From positions 117,141 through 181,140 of the forward strand of contig JAQGDQ010000463.1 in NCBI GenBank assembly GCA_030141605.1: 64,000 nt of DNA, written 5' to 3'. This document shows, in pieces, positions 41,001-52,739 of this stretch (the stretch's first letter is position 1; each line of letters begins with the position of its first letter). The DNA is from Tubiluchus corallicola (taxonomy: Eukaryota; Animalia; Priapulida). A program made the position numbers and the translations under genes. The notes under the pieces were generated by a model. That model searched no databases and had not been told where the DNA came from. It saw only the letters and a program-made list of their open reading frames with translations.

Positions 41001-41627
41001 ATATAAACGAATTTGTTTAATCATCCTGGAACGAGGTTTGTTTAATCATCCTGGAACGGGGTTTGTTTAATCATTCTGGAACGAGAGGTTTCATTTGACT
41101 AATCAAAATTCAATAGGACAAAAATTGTAAGTTGTGCATGACGAAAGCAAAATGAAAATTCAACGTCCAAAATTAACTTCATGTTTCACATCATTTAATC
41201 TGAGAAATTTAATTAAGAACAAATCTGCGAATTAATAACGAATCAACCTGTCGAACACCCACGAAATTTGCCTAGTATATGTTATAACAAAATGGTCAGA
41301 CTCCTTCATACAAACTCTAAATTGACTTTAAAGTGGCCGAGATATTAGTCCAAATATAGAAATAAACAGTTTAAAATGACTGAAAATGAAAAGAGAAGAG
41401 AAGAAAAAAGGGAAAAAGACAGCAAAAGACGAAAGAATGAGTGCACGATGAATGAAATACATGATTGAGTGAGCGATTAATTGTAAGAAACAACAAATTC
41501 ACTGCGCAAGATGCAAAAGAAGTGCTTTTTACACAAAGAATTTTTTTACTTATTGTACTATTTTTACTTAAAATAGATTGTATATTATACTTACTAATAT
41601 GGCTGGCATTATTAGACCGTTTTCCAT
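31521..41627 (-). CDS. Secreted pentraxin/LamG-like protein, 7 coding exons, about 325 aa
   Basis: Exons 41627-41595 (tentative), 38899-38791, 37763-37642, 36701-36514, 36143-36031, 33229-33113 and 31816-31521; all GT-AG and phase-compatible. Signal-like MENGLIMPAILVLTVLVTLNTVTDG; motifs ELTWCMWLK, WHHLCLTYNS, VYLDG, MTC..GDIIAW. Confidence 0.8.
31950..32152. repeat. (CT)n/(GT)n microsatellite in an intron
   Basis: Directly visible. Confidence 0.95.
33668..34207. repeat. 36-bp minisatellite, about 15 copies
   Basis: Unit ATGATGTAAATGTACGAGAGGTTTTCATCTGCCACT. Confidence 0.97.
34665..34793. repeat. (TCTAG)n/(TCTAA)n pentanucleotide repeat
   Basis: Directly visible. Confidence 0.97.
34854..35610. 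repeat. 23-bp minisatellite, about 33 copies
   Basis: Unit AGGTATTGTCTATTGTCATAACT with variants. Confidence 0.97.
36235..36435. repeat. (AAC/AAT)n and (AGTC)n-like simple repeats
   Basis: Directly visible; intronic. Confidence 0.9.
37180..37572 (-). mobile_element. Penelope-like 3' end in a pentraxin intron
   Basis: Reverse-complement match to 2090-2320, for example GTGCATAATAGGCTCTGC.TATAT.AACTGGTTGTATG. Confidence 0.75.
37182..37217 (-). ncRNA. Minimal hammerhead-ribozyme-like motif (Penelope-associated, degenerate)
   Basis: Minus strand reads CCA-CTGATGA-T-GACA(GCAGAT)TGTC-GAAA-CTTT-TGG: CUGAUGA and GAAA core, stem II and stem I are present; stem III is mutated. Confidence 0.6.
38085..38420 (+). 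repeat. Dispersed repeat, inverted partner of 42670-42982
   Basis: For example CAGGTCAAAACAAACTACTCTTTAAAATATTGAAA versus TTTCAATATTTTGAAGAGTAGATTGTTTTGACCT. Confidence 0.75.
39150..39550. repeat. 66-bp tandem repeat, about 6 copies
   Basis: Unit AAAGTACAGAATACATAGTACATGGTTAGTACAATATAAAACACACAAGTACATGCAAATAAATTA. Confidence 0.95.
39879..40466 (+). mobile_element. hAT-like deletion derivative
   Basis: Imperfect TIR GTGGCTGCTCGT / ACGAGTCGCCAT; internal LNFSQLSLHEKVAVKKR..TPDIQI resembles the N-terminus of ZMYM1-type hAT transposases. Confidence 0.5.
40664..40836. mobile_element. Small MITE (possibly Harbinger-type)
   Basis: Imperfect TIR CGGCGCGTTCAGACTAGCAAGTTTTC / GAAAACTCACTAGCCTGAACCCTCTG. 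Confidence 0.5.
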
Positions 41628-42669
41628 TGTAAACTTTAATTTAAACAATTAATGAAAACACTATATTAATATATTATATAATGTATATATATTGTATATT
41701 AATATACACTACTATTGCTGAATATTCAAATACACACGTGTACGAGGCTGAAATAGTAACTAAATAATACAGCAGCAGGGTTTAAATAGACAATTTCAGT
41801 GCTTAGTGACCCAGATGATCGTCCTACTGCGTCCGTAGACCAAAGGCGACACATTGGAAAACTAGACTTAATTACGCATTGCGGAACTGTTATAGAGGGA
41901 TTTGCTTAGTGTGTGACAGGCGTGGAATGTGTTATTGGACGTAAGACAGTTAACACGTAAGACAGAAAACACGATTTTTTTCCCCCAGGGCAAAGCTGTT
42001 TGACGTGTATAGAAAACAAATCTATTTCTGTTCTACTTAAAAAACTGGTCATCTGTCTATCACACAAATTAGTCTGCGTTTTCACTTTTCATTATCTGCT
42101 AAAAGTAATTAATTAAAACATCTTTTGTTCTAGTAAAATGTGAGCAAATGCAGCCAGTAGCAGCAGTAGTAGTAACTGTTTGTTAAATTTATTTCTGATC
42201 TTTCTTATTTATTATTGTTCGGTTTTCAGAGCTTATTGTTGTTTATTATTGAAATATTAAGTTACGTGATAGTCATTTATTTGTTACAATGCCACTTACA
42301 TGCAAATCAGACCTGCTTGTGATGAAAAACAATCACGAAAATAATGCGATTAAAATCTTTATTTCTTTTACATTCAGTTTGTGGGCTGAGCTTTTCAACT
42401 GTCACCGTCTCACCTATTGAATCATCTTGCAGGATGATTTTTCATCAGCTTCCCCATTTTCAAGTCTGATACATTTTAACACCAATAATACCGGAAAAGC
42501 GTTTCTAATAGATTAAAATCAGAATTTACGGCGGGTGAGCCCAACTTTTTATCACATCACAAATTGACAAAAATTTTCAAGAGCAAAAATATTGCACGAG
42601 TGTGTTGCACGTGTTTTCAAAAGTTGAATTTACTGTAAGATATTCAGTGTGTTGTACCAAAACTAGACA

Positions 42670-42982
42670 AGTTTTAAGATCAAAATTTAAGTTTCAAATT
42701 TATCGCTGTGTTCACGTATGAGCTGTCCAACGTGTGCAGTACGTCTCAAACTAACACATCTGAATTGAGAGGTACTCTTTTGCAATGCGTTTCCGAAATG
42801 CAGGCGTTAGTGCCCGTCTAACTATAGTAAATGGGAAAATGCATGTAACAGTGGCGTGAACGTGAAATTGTGTTTGTGTGGTGATAATTCTTTCACGTAA
42901 GTCATTTTTGAAAAAATGGCTTATTTCCTTTCAATATTTTGAAGAGTAGATTGTTTTGACCTACAGTTTGAGACTGGCTCCA
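42670..42982 (-). repeat. Dispersed repeat, inverted partner of 38085-38420
   Basis: Diverged reverse-complement match over about 300 bp. Confidence 0.75.
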
Positions 42983-43617
42983 AGTTTCAGACTTTAAACA
43001 TTATAATTACAGCAATAACCCCCCCCCCCCACAAACGTGGTGTCGAAAGAGTTTAATTTTTTTATTATGACATTAGTCCGATTTGCTTGAAAATTGTTCA
43101 AGATAACCGTGTCTTGAATGCATTACCGTATTAGTAAGTTTATTTTTACCTTTCTGAATTTCCCGCTGAATAGAGTAGTGTATTCATAAGTTGACGTACT
43201 ATACTTTCTTCTCTTGAGCGGGGATACCTTCATTTTTTCACGCGTTTACAAGCCTGTAGGCATTAGCGGTATTTAGTCATTTACTCTTGTAAAAGCGTTC
43301 AACGAAAATAAGGCTACAGAAACTTGTATATAATTTGACATAGTAAAATACTGGCACGGTTTCAACATTGTTGTCAATAACGGTATTTAGTAATGGAGTT
43401 CATACAAAACTTTTACTCTAATATATACGGTGTTTCTGCTTCGCCAAACTACCTGTCAGTTGGTCTAAATATTTAAAGCAAAAGTCAAAACTTCGGAATG
43501 TTGAACTTATCTTCATATGTTAGAAAGTTTCAGCAATAAAATATAATTCGCGAGAGGGCCACGGCGTCCCGTAAGCGAAATTTTTTTTCGCAACCGAGTT
43601 CCGGACAGATTACGTTC

Positions 43618-43708
43618 CTCATTTGCATTAACCAATCAGCAGATGATGCCCCTCATTTGCATTAACCAATCAGCAGATTACATTCGTCATTTGCATTAAC
43701 CAATCAGC
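43618..43708 (+). promoter_or_regulatory. Three 34-bp-spaced octamer+CCAAT modules upstream of the transposase ATG
   Basis: ATTTGCATTAACCAATCAGC at 43621, 43655 and 43689; ATG at 43744. Confidence 0.6.
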
Positions 43709-43743
43709 GTCGTTCACGTTGTTCAGGAGCGCTTCAGAGCAAG

Positions 43744-46700
43744 ATGGCGATCCACGTGTGTGAGTTCTGTCTGAAGGAACCAGACAAATACTCTGAAATT
43801 TCTTCATTTGCGGTAAGATTATATTGCTAACTAATGGCTAAAGAAATAGGTGTAAGACTATAGATCACTCACTTGTCTCTCGAAATTCATACATAAAGTT
43901 TGTTTACAAAGAACTTTTGTGCACCTCAAAACCGATTTTATTTCGTACAGCGATAAAAGATGTGTCTACTACTTTTCTCCTGTGTGCGCTTTTCGCCTGT
44001 AATTGCATGTATACCTTATCGTATGTAGGAAAGGTAGACGTACATTTGTGTTCTTAAAAATATACAGGGTGTGCCATATAGTGTGTTGTGTGTGTATAGG
44101 CCTAGTAATTTTAATGTTATCATTTGTCTTCAAAAAGCATTTAGATCTATGGTCCACCACTTTGAGAAAGTTGGACAAATTTGTAAATAGTCAGCGAAAC
44201 TATGTAAAAGAGCCTGTTATCAAGTGTGGCAACAGAATATTTAGTCGTCTTACACCAGACTTTAGAGTAGCCTTATGAGACACAGTACTTTCCAACCTCT
44301 GCCTTTGTAGCCTTGTGAGACTTTGTATAGCTTGAGCAGTAGAGATGCGCACGTGTGTACCTGTGAGAGATTCTGGATGTGTTGTAACTCGAGAGGATAT
44401 ATAAATTGTGGTTATAGTCAGGTTCGCCCTGTGTGAGATGCTAGTTATGGAATTTAAAGCTCTTTCCTCAGATCTTTTAAGTTTTTTCCTATCACTTTCA
44501 GGAAATTCTACCTGATGACTACAGCCATTGTTTGTGTGTATTAGTGCATAATCCTGACTCAGGGCATGGGTTTGATATCATACTTCACCTTCCCATATCA
44601 GCAGCAGAAGAGGCAGAATTATGGTTAAAGTCATTCCAAGAGAAAAGCTATACTACATATCGAGTTCTGAAGACAGAAAAGTGTTCAGGAGAGAAAGTCA
44701 AGTTCAAAGTAAGTTTTTATATGGTCACAGTCAAAATCATAGTTTGTATCTGTGTAAATACGTGTAAGTAAAAGTTGTCACTCGCTCATCTGTGATTTTA
44801 TTTGAATTTAGTGCATGAAAAAAGTGGCCCTAACCCTGTAGTGTAATGTCATGTGCCGCCATATACTCACACCATACTGCTTATCCTGCATCTTTCAGTC
44901 TACAACTTCTGCAGCCTAAATCTGATGCAGGCATTGATGCTAAACTTGTATTATCTTTGTCTGGCCTTAACCATTGTCAAGATGTACCTTTTCTGAAGAA
45001 TAGGCAGCAAGTGTTGTTGAAGGGTTAAAGGGATGCATCGTTTACATGTGTCTTAAACATACATTTGACAGGTTGATTACTTCTGCCATCACAGGACCAG
45101 AAAAACCAAAGGGCAAGGGCCACATGCTGGAAAGAAGAATACTAATTGCCCAGCTGGGTTGCAGATTAAAGTCAAGAATACAAGTTTCTTTAACACCGAT
45201 GGTCATAAAAGGAAATGCCGGTAAGTAATTCAGGTTTCCTCTGCAGCTAGGCAAAGTATATGTATTTACTGAAGAAAATAAATCGAGGTGTGTCCTTTAA
45301 AATGGAATGCTCATCTTTTCTTAATGTTTGCCTATTTTGAAATGTTTGTTGAAGTGAATGTGCCATTCTAATTTTCCCAACAACTTTTAAGGAATGATGT
45401 TGTATGCATAGAAAGAATATTTTACTCCTCTTTTTGTAGTTCAATAGGTTCAGCACAGATGGTATTTGGAATTACATTATATTATGTTCTTTATGAATTT
45501 CAGTTCCGAGGACCCACATCTGCCCAATTATCCAATGACAGTCAAGATCAAGTTCCGGCATAACCATCCTATCATGGCATCTGCTGTACTCAAACACCGA
45601 GATGTTGCAGAACCAACCAAACGAAAGATCTTGCAATTGTTTGAGAATGGCTACACCCCATCGAAGGCACTTGAGTTGCACAAGTTTGACCTTCAAATGG
45701 AGGATCCAGAAGAGTATGTGGTCAAAAGTGGAGACCGAGCCATATGTCCTGATGTACAGTATTGCTATAGGTAAGTAATGTTTTACACTGGGAACACTAC
45801 TGTCCACTGGTATGCCACAACCTCGTCCCCAGAGTCGCCGAGTGGGCAAGATATATTGACGCGACTCACTCGTCAGACCCTGGAAACAGGATTACCTCAT
45901 CTCAGGATTCCTGAGATAAGACTCTTAAAGTAGCCTATTGATAAATACCCCGCTGAAAGTAATACGTAAAAACCTCATTAAAGCTGAACTGATTATAATG
46001 AATATTTGGTACGTGGTCAAAAGACTTCTCTGGAGGTCCTAGAGCTGAATCAAGAAATGTGTTGTACCTCATGTGACTTCACTCCGCTACCAGTTCTTAT
46101 TTTGACAACAGACATTTTTCAACTGAAAGTAGGAATTGGACATGATTGCAGCTTGCTCAGTAATGAATGTATCAAAAAAATGTCGCCTCAATTTTCAAAG
46201 TTCTTTTGTCATGTTTCTGACACTTCTTCAGGTTCTGACCTTTTGTGTTTTCTGCTTTTTTAGGTTGTACTATGCTAGTTTCAAGAAGGAATATGGTGAG
46301 CCAAGTGGGGGAATGGTTTTCTCGCAGCTTGAAAACAAACTCGCTGAATTAAACGGAAGATTTAGCGAAAGATGTTTGGACATGACTACTACACAAGAAA
46401 ACCAAGCAGCCATTGCCATTGTTACGCCGCTTATGAAGCGTGTACATGACTCCATCAAATCCGCCGCTGAAATTATGTTCATAGATTCATCCGGAAATAT
46501 GGACAGGCAAGGATGCCGTGTGTTCCTAATACTTACACATAGCGTAGCAGGGGGAGTACCACTAGGAGTGCTGATTACAACCTCTGAAAGTAAGGCAACA
46601 ATCACAGCGGGCCTTCGCTGTTACAATGCCCTACTCAGTCAGGCATCATACTTTGGTCGGGGGTGCCAGGGCCCAGAAGTGATAATGACTGATGACAGTC

Positions 46701-48301
46701 TAGCAGAACAGCAGGCACTGCAGGAGGTTTATCCTAGTTCAACACTCCTGCTATGTGTTTTTCACATTTTACAAGCATTCTGGCGCTTCTTATGGGAGTC
46801 CAAGAACGGTGTAAAAAAAGAGGACCGTCCTAAACTTCTTCGGATCCTTAAGAAACTGGTCTACTGTGACACAGTTGAGCAACTGGATGTGGCTTATGAG
46901 GAAGCTCAGGGAGACCAGACACTTCAGCGATATGAAAAGGTTCAAAAGCACTTGGATAGTATTATGGGCCGGAAAAAATCATGGGCTCTGTGCTATCGCT
47001 CAAACCTTCCTATCCGTAGGAACAACACGAATAATTATGCTGAAGCGGGAATGAGAATTTTGAAAGATCAGATCCTACAGCGTACAAAGGCCTACAATGT
47101 TGTTCAATTGGTTGATTTTGTCATCTCACGGCTTGAGGCATACTACGAGCGACGATTGCTTGACATTGCCAACAACCGGTTGGACCGTGCTCTTCGTTCT
47201 CGCTTCCTGGTGAATGTGAACTCTTGCTCAAAAATTGACCACAGTCTCATCAGAAATGTTGCTGTTAGTGTCTATGAAGTGCCCAGTGAGAAGGACCCAA
47301 GTGTGATGTACTCAGTCGATATGGATGTTGGAATGTGCTCTTGTAAGATGGGAAATACAGGTAAATACTTTTTGTAAATACAGGGTGGTCCACAGTTAAC
47401 ACTTTTATCTTGCTAGCAATTGAAGAAAATAACAGATATGGAAATTCTTTTCTTGTCAACTTAAAGGTTTATGTGCAAGTGCAATTTTGTGATGATTCAC
47501 ATTAATGATATTCACATTACTCTTTTCGTTACAGGAGGTCCCTGCAAGCACCAATTTCTGGTTGTCAAGAAGTTTGGTTTGTCGACCTGGAACTTCATAC
47601 CAGTACACGATGCAGCGATGCGTTGCTTGTTGTACAAGGTCGCCACAGGAGGAGATGCTACCAATCTCCCAGACAGTTGGTTTCAGTCTCTGCAGCCGTC
47701 TACCACCACTTCCCCAACCATGCCCACTCCCACATTCCAGGTTCATGATGCAGCAGGTCATGACATGGCAGTGCAGCAAGACACGCATGATGAGGGGAAC
47801 AGCAGTGCAGAACAGTCATGTGCACAGGGAAGCAATCAAGTGGTTGACAAGGAAAAGGTTGATCCTGTCATCAAGGAGCTTGATGGTGCATTTGAAATCC
47901 TGAAAGGAAGGTACCTTTCGAACAAAGAGTTTCTGGCCAAACCATTACGAACATTTGTCAAGCAATCACAGAAATTGTCCACAGACTCTGCCTTGGCATC
48001 TGCTCTTCATTGCTTTGGGAAGTATGCTGGAGTTGCTGAAGCTGTTGGAAACAAGAAAAAAAAGAGAGTGCTTGTTGGTGCAAAGTCCATTGGTGTCCAA
48101 CCTACTGCAAGGGCACGCAGGAAAATGGTTGGTGGAGGCCGCAATAGGATTGGATCTGGGCGACCATGCCATACAAATGTCCAGTCATCTTCTGTCACCC
48201 CATTTTCCTCGCAGGTAATGCCAAAATATAAAGCACCACACAGACTCTCTGCATGTGTAGAATGTAACCAAACACTTGGCAAGACGCATTCTGCTAAGTA
48301 G
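43744..48301 (+). CDS. Intact MULE DDE transposase with SWIM zinc finger, 6 exons, 851 aa
   Basis: Exons 43744-43812, 44502-44708, 45072-45220, 45504-45770, 46264-47360 and 47535-48301 (2556 nt, GT-AG, in phase). Motifs: CHH..NCPA..HNH, FIDSS, MTDDS, CVFH, NNYAE, CSC..GGPCKH. Confidence 0.92.
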
Positions 48302-48388
48302 AACAAGACTGATTGCAGCATTCTATTTTGGCTGCTACTTACAAGAAGCTTTTTTTGTGATTTATATTTTGTGCATAACGGGCAGCGT

Positions 48389-48495
48389 ACGAAAAAAAAT
48401 CGGTTTTGAGGTTCCTTCACACAGAACTCACACACGTGGATCGCCATCTTGCTCTGATATTGTACTGCAAATGAGGGACATAATTTGTCCGGAAC
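48389..48495 (-). repeat. Internal inverted copy of the MULE left end (clipped TIR plus start of exon 1)
   Basis: Reverse complement reads GTTCCGGACAAATTATGTCCCTCATTTGCA..CAGAGCAAGATGGCGATCCACGTGTGTGAGTTCTG..CCTCAAAACCGATTTTTTTTCGTAC. Confidence 0.9.
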
Positions 48496-51400
48496 TTGTG
48501 TATTAAAGGACAAGAAACGTGAAACTTTATGCAACTTTCAAAAAACGCACATTATGAAACAGATGTACACTTTTTTTTGTAATTTTATGCAAATGAAGAA
48601 CTCATATTTGCATATTTTAAATTTTCAACACTGTGCCAAACTTTGGCAGTTTGCAGATTTCTTTAAGATAGACGTGCGCAATTTTGTTTTGCGCTATGAT
48701 TTGTTATAGTAACATGTTAGTAGATCGTTTGGATAGCAGATGCTACACTTTACCTGGCTTTACATACAAACTGAAATTTTCTCGAAGCTCAGGCATCCAA
48801 TAAGTAACGGATTTTTTAGTATTTGCTGTGTTAAACGTTTTACTTATACATCCATGCAGTGTACCACACTGATCAGTTGCAACATGTTCTATTGCTTTAT
48901 ACATTAGCTTCAAGTAAGTGAAGTTCATTTGAAATGTCATACTTATCCAGTGATATTCTTCGGGCTAGGATAACTCAGCAGATGAATTTAAAATGTAAAC
49001 ATGGAATTTCTTTTAGTGCGAGCATCAGAATTATACTGTATAACGTCATTATAGCGATCCTGCTAGGAACCCAGAAAAAAGTACTCTATAACCGTACATG
49101 GCTGAAGTGTATATGACTACTAGATTGACAACCGTATTATTTTTAAAAGTGTATTAATAATATACACTGTTTGGCTTCACAGAGGCTATAAAGTACTTTT
49201 AGAAGATGCTATCGAGTATCAAGCACTTTGCAATGTATTCCAATTCAATGAAAAGTATTTTATGTTTCTTCAATAAACTAAAGTTAATGAATGTTTCATA
49301 TTAAATTACGTGTACACATTCAGTTGTAAATGTACGTGAAGTAAAGTTAATGAAATTCAAAAAAGCCAGTCAGTTTTGTTTGCACAAAATTTCTGTGTGT
49401 CCCTTGATGAAACATCTCAAGAATGAGCTGCCTTGGTACGTTACTTTAAACTGGGTGCCAAACCGCTGAGTGACTCATTGTTTTTATACTGCTAATAATG
49501 ACTTTTTGTTCTGCATGCTGCATGCCCAACAACTTTTTTTGTAACACCAAGAAATATGGGTTAAATTTAACTGTAAAATTAATTTACAAAGGCTAGCAAA
49601 TGTGAAGTGTGCAATAAAAACGCATTTATAAATACATAGTAATGCAATTTGTTGGATCCTTTAGTGTCATCAACATCACAAGGCATAGACAGCTAGTAGT
49701 TTTCGTACACATTGCCATACTAACTCACACTTGTGCATTTCTGTACAATACAGGTTTTACTGTTTACATAACCACCAATACCGCATTTTACACTGACATT
49801 GGCTGCAGCGACGTCTGATCAGATCCACTGTAGGCTGACTGACAGCAAAAATTAATAAGTTGTGGACATGCTTTTGATGCTTCCACAAAGAATTATCCTG
49901 AGCTTTTAGTTAAGCTAAGTGAAGGCAGATCCATGTTTAATTTAGTTAATGGGGGTAGCCCAAGCCTTTATTTTCCTTTGTACCAAGTAACTTCCTGTTA
50001 GTGATTGAATTACAGAATGGATGATAATCATGGATGAATATTCAATACGTTAAAACCAAGATATATGTTTCCTCGTATAAACTTCACTTGTTTTGCACAT
50101 CTGCGTGGAGATGTAGTTTTAGATATGCCATACAGATACACCTTGACAGTGTACATGTATAGTGAGTGGAAGCCAGAACAGTGACCTAGAAAAGTTAGTT
50201 CAGGTAGAGAGCTGCTTACGTTTGGATGTTAAAAGCAGCCATGTTAATAAAAAGCAGTGAATAAACGTTGGTAACAACATGAAAGTGATTGTGGAGCCGA
50301 CAATGGTTAGCTTGGTGTAGCTGTAGCTGGTGATGTTGGTAGACTAGACCCTCTGTTGTCAAAGTCAACTATCCTATATACGTCAGTCTGAGGTGCAAAG
50401 CGTTTGAACACTTACTGTAGTCCCATAGGAGAGATTGACTTTTCAAATGCCATCTTGAGAGTCGCGATCTCTCCTCAGGGACTTTACAGCAGTACTGCAT
50501 TTAAGGGTTAATACCATAGTCTTACCAGGCGAGTCTGACTGTATTATTTCCCTGATGTATGCCCCTCACTAACAGTATACTGTGGCCTCTTAGTCTTATT
50601 GGACCTTGGAACATTGCGAAAGGCAGTGAACTACGGTTTGGTGCAGTATATCCTGAAAAAGAGCACCCCAAAATTACCCAAGGACTAGTTTCTATTAGTT
50701 CCAAATAAATCTACATTTTCTAGCCTTCTTTTCCAACCGCGCGCAAGGGCTAACAGCATGGCCTACCCTGTTCAATTAGCAGGCAACAGTGCACTGAAGT
50801 GAGTGCCCGATGTTATGTAAACATGTGCACGTGGTTGACGAATGCCTGACATTGTTTACATGTGTGTAGTCATGGCTGTTTGAGGAATCTGATTGGTTAA
50901 TGCTAATGAGGGAAATAATCTGTCCGGAACTCAGTTGCAAAAAAAAATTTCGCGTCCCGTAACGGGCGTTTTCCCGGACCCAACTCGCGATTTTTTCGAA
51001 ATTTTGGCCAAAGAGCCTGCAGAAAAAATGTTCTAGCGGCGCCTGGTGGGACTCTCGGAAGGAGGTATATAGCTCTTTAGAAAGAGGAAGAACGGGGCTA
51101 CACGATGATGTGGGTTATATTTTAGGACAGGTCCACCAAGAGGAGTGTTGACGAGTTAATTACATGTTCTATTTTTAGCAATGCCATTGTTCTGACGTCA
51201 TCCATTGTACTCTGTCTATAAGCTTATTGCTTTAATTCAGCAAAAAGCTGCTACAGGCTTTGCGTTAGATAAACAGACAAACAGTAGGCAGGATGTTACG
51301 GGCTTTGTGTTATAAATGAGGCTTGGTAGGATGTTCGCGTATTATTGATTATACGTGGATTTATACGCAAAATTTTTTGCGGGGCCTTTGCCAGTTATAA

Positions 51401-52494
51401 TTATTATTATAGAAAGGGTGAGTGAGAGAGAGAAAGGGGGAGAAAGAAAGAAAAGACAGAATGAAAAACGAACCCCGTGACAAAGTAGAAAACACATGAT
51501 ACTGTATTATTATAGCTGTGTAATTACAGCTGGTTGTTGCTTAATACTTTAGGTACTGAATGACTGTACTACTACAGGCTTACTATACAGGTATACGGAG
51601 CATAAGAAACTGCATGGAATACTCTTGTACACAAATTTTACAAGGAACCTGAACGTGGACAACGACGCCAAGTTTTTGTTTGTTTGAAATGGACCGGTCC
51701 GAAGCCATTCCCACTATAAAAGCCTATAGCACGCGAATGTTATCTTCAATTTACTACCATTATCACAACGTTATCAGTTCATGACCAAATGCCAACACAT
51801 TTGAGTAAACAAGTGCAACCTGAGTAAACGTGAGTACACTTTATATCTTATTACTTACAGCGAAGAAAATAATTTTGGTAGGTGCAATGTGGCAGACGCA
51901 AGCGCTTAATTCTGATATGCAGCTTTGGGTTATTGAGTTTATATTATACGTTGGAAAAAAAGATAAATATACTTTATATCATTGTTATCTTGGTTTATCC
52001 TTTGATTTTGGTGATTTTTCCAACTTTTTTTGCTTTGAAGCTTTCAGCGTTTTGATGATATTTTAAGTTTAACACATGTATATTTAAAACAAGGTGCTGA
52101 AGTTCAATAGCGTGGGTTATACTGCTAATGCAGGTAACTATTTTTCTTTACTCTGTGTCTAAGCGTTCACATTGAATCAGTTGGCCAAAATAGATGCCGC
52201 AGTTTTGATAACGATAGTACAAAAAGAAAAAAACGAAATCGCTTGAAATCACCATGCTGATGTTGCGAACGATTATGTGTAAACATAAGAAATTTTAGGT
52301 CGTTCTCTTAGAATTTTTCACAGAAGTTTTAAATTAGCAATTCAAAAATGTAAATGCCAAAAAGTATTTCGTTTGTCGCTATTGTTAAAATTTACAGCAC
52401 GTCCTATACCTGTCCGCTATGTTCAAAACAAGCTAGACAAAAAAGCTTTCTCGGTTTCTTTTGATACTGAAGCTACAGTGCCCTTTCATCAACA

Positions 52495-52541
<47 letters not shown>

Positions 52542-52739
52542 ATATATAATAATAATCTTTATTTGCCATTAAAACATTGATAATCACTGATAAAAACTTT
52601 ACAGAGATAATCAATCAGTGTTAGTTAATAAAAACTTACACTGCTGAAGGCAAATGCGTCAGTGCAATCTAAACTACTGTGCAGTAATGACGAATAAAAT
52701 CAAACATATTTACAACCATACACAAAAAAATTAAAAAAA

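Larger units (their letters stand above)
43575..50953 (+). mobile_element. Complete Mutator-like element M2 (7379 bp)
   Basis: TIRs GCGAAATTTTTTTTCGCAACCGAGTTCCGGACAGATTA / TAATCTGTCCGGAACTCAGTTGCAAAAAAAAATTTCGC; perfect 9-bp TSD GTCCCGTAA at 43566-43574 and 50954-50962. Confidence 0.95.

Noticed and set aside
43150-43233. Minus-strand MKVSPLKRRK... with a phase-0 donor as possible first exon
   Set aside because: Not signal-like and has a weak donor; no supporting evidence.
46136-46263. N-terminal extension MDMIAACS... of the 413-aa ORF
   Set aside because: Read-through of intron 4; the exon starts at the AG acceptor before 46264.
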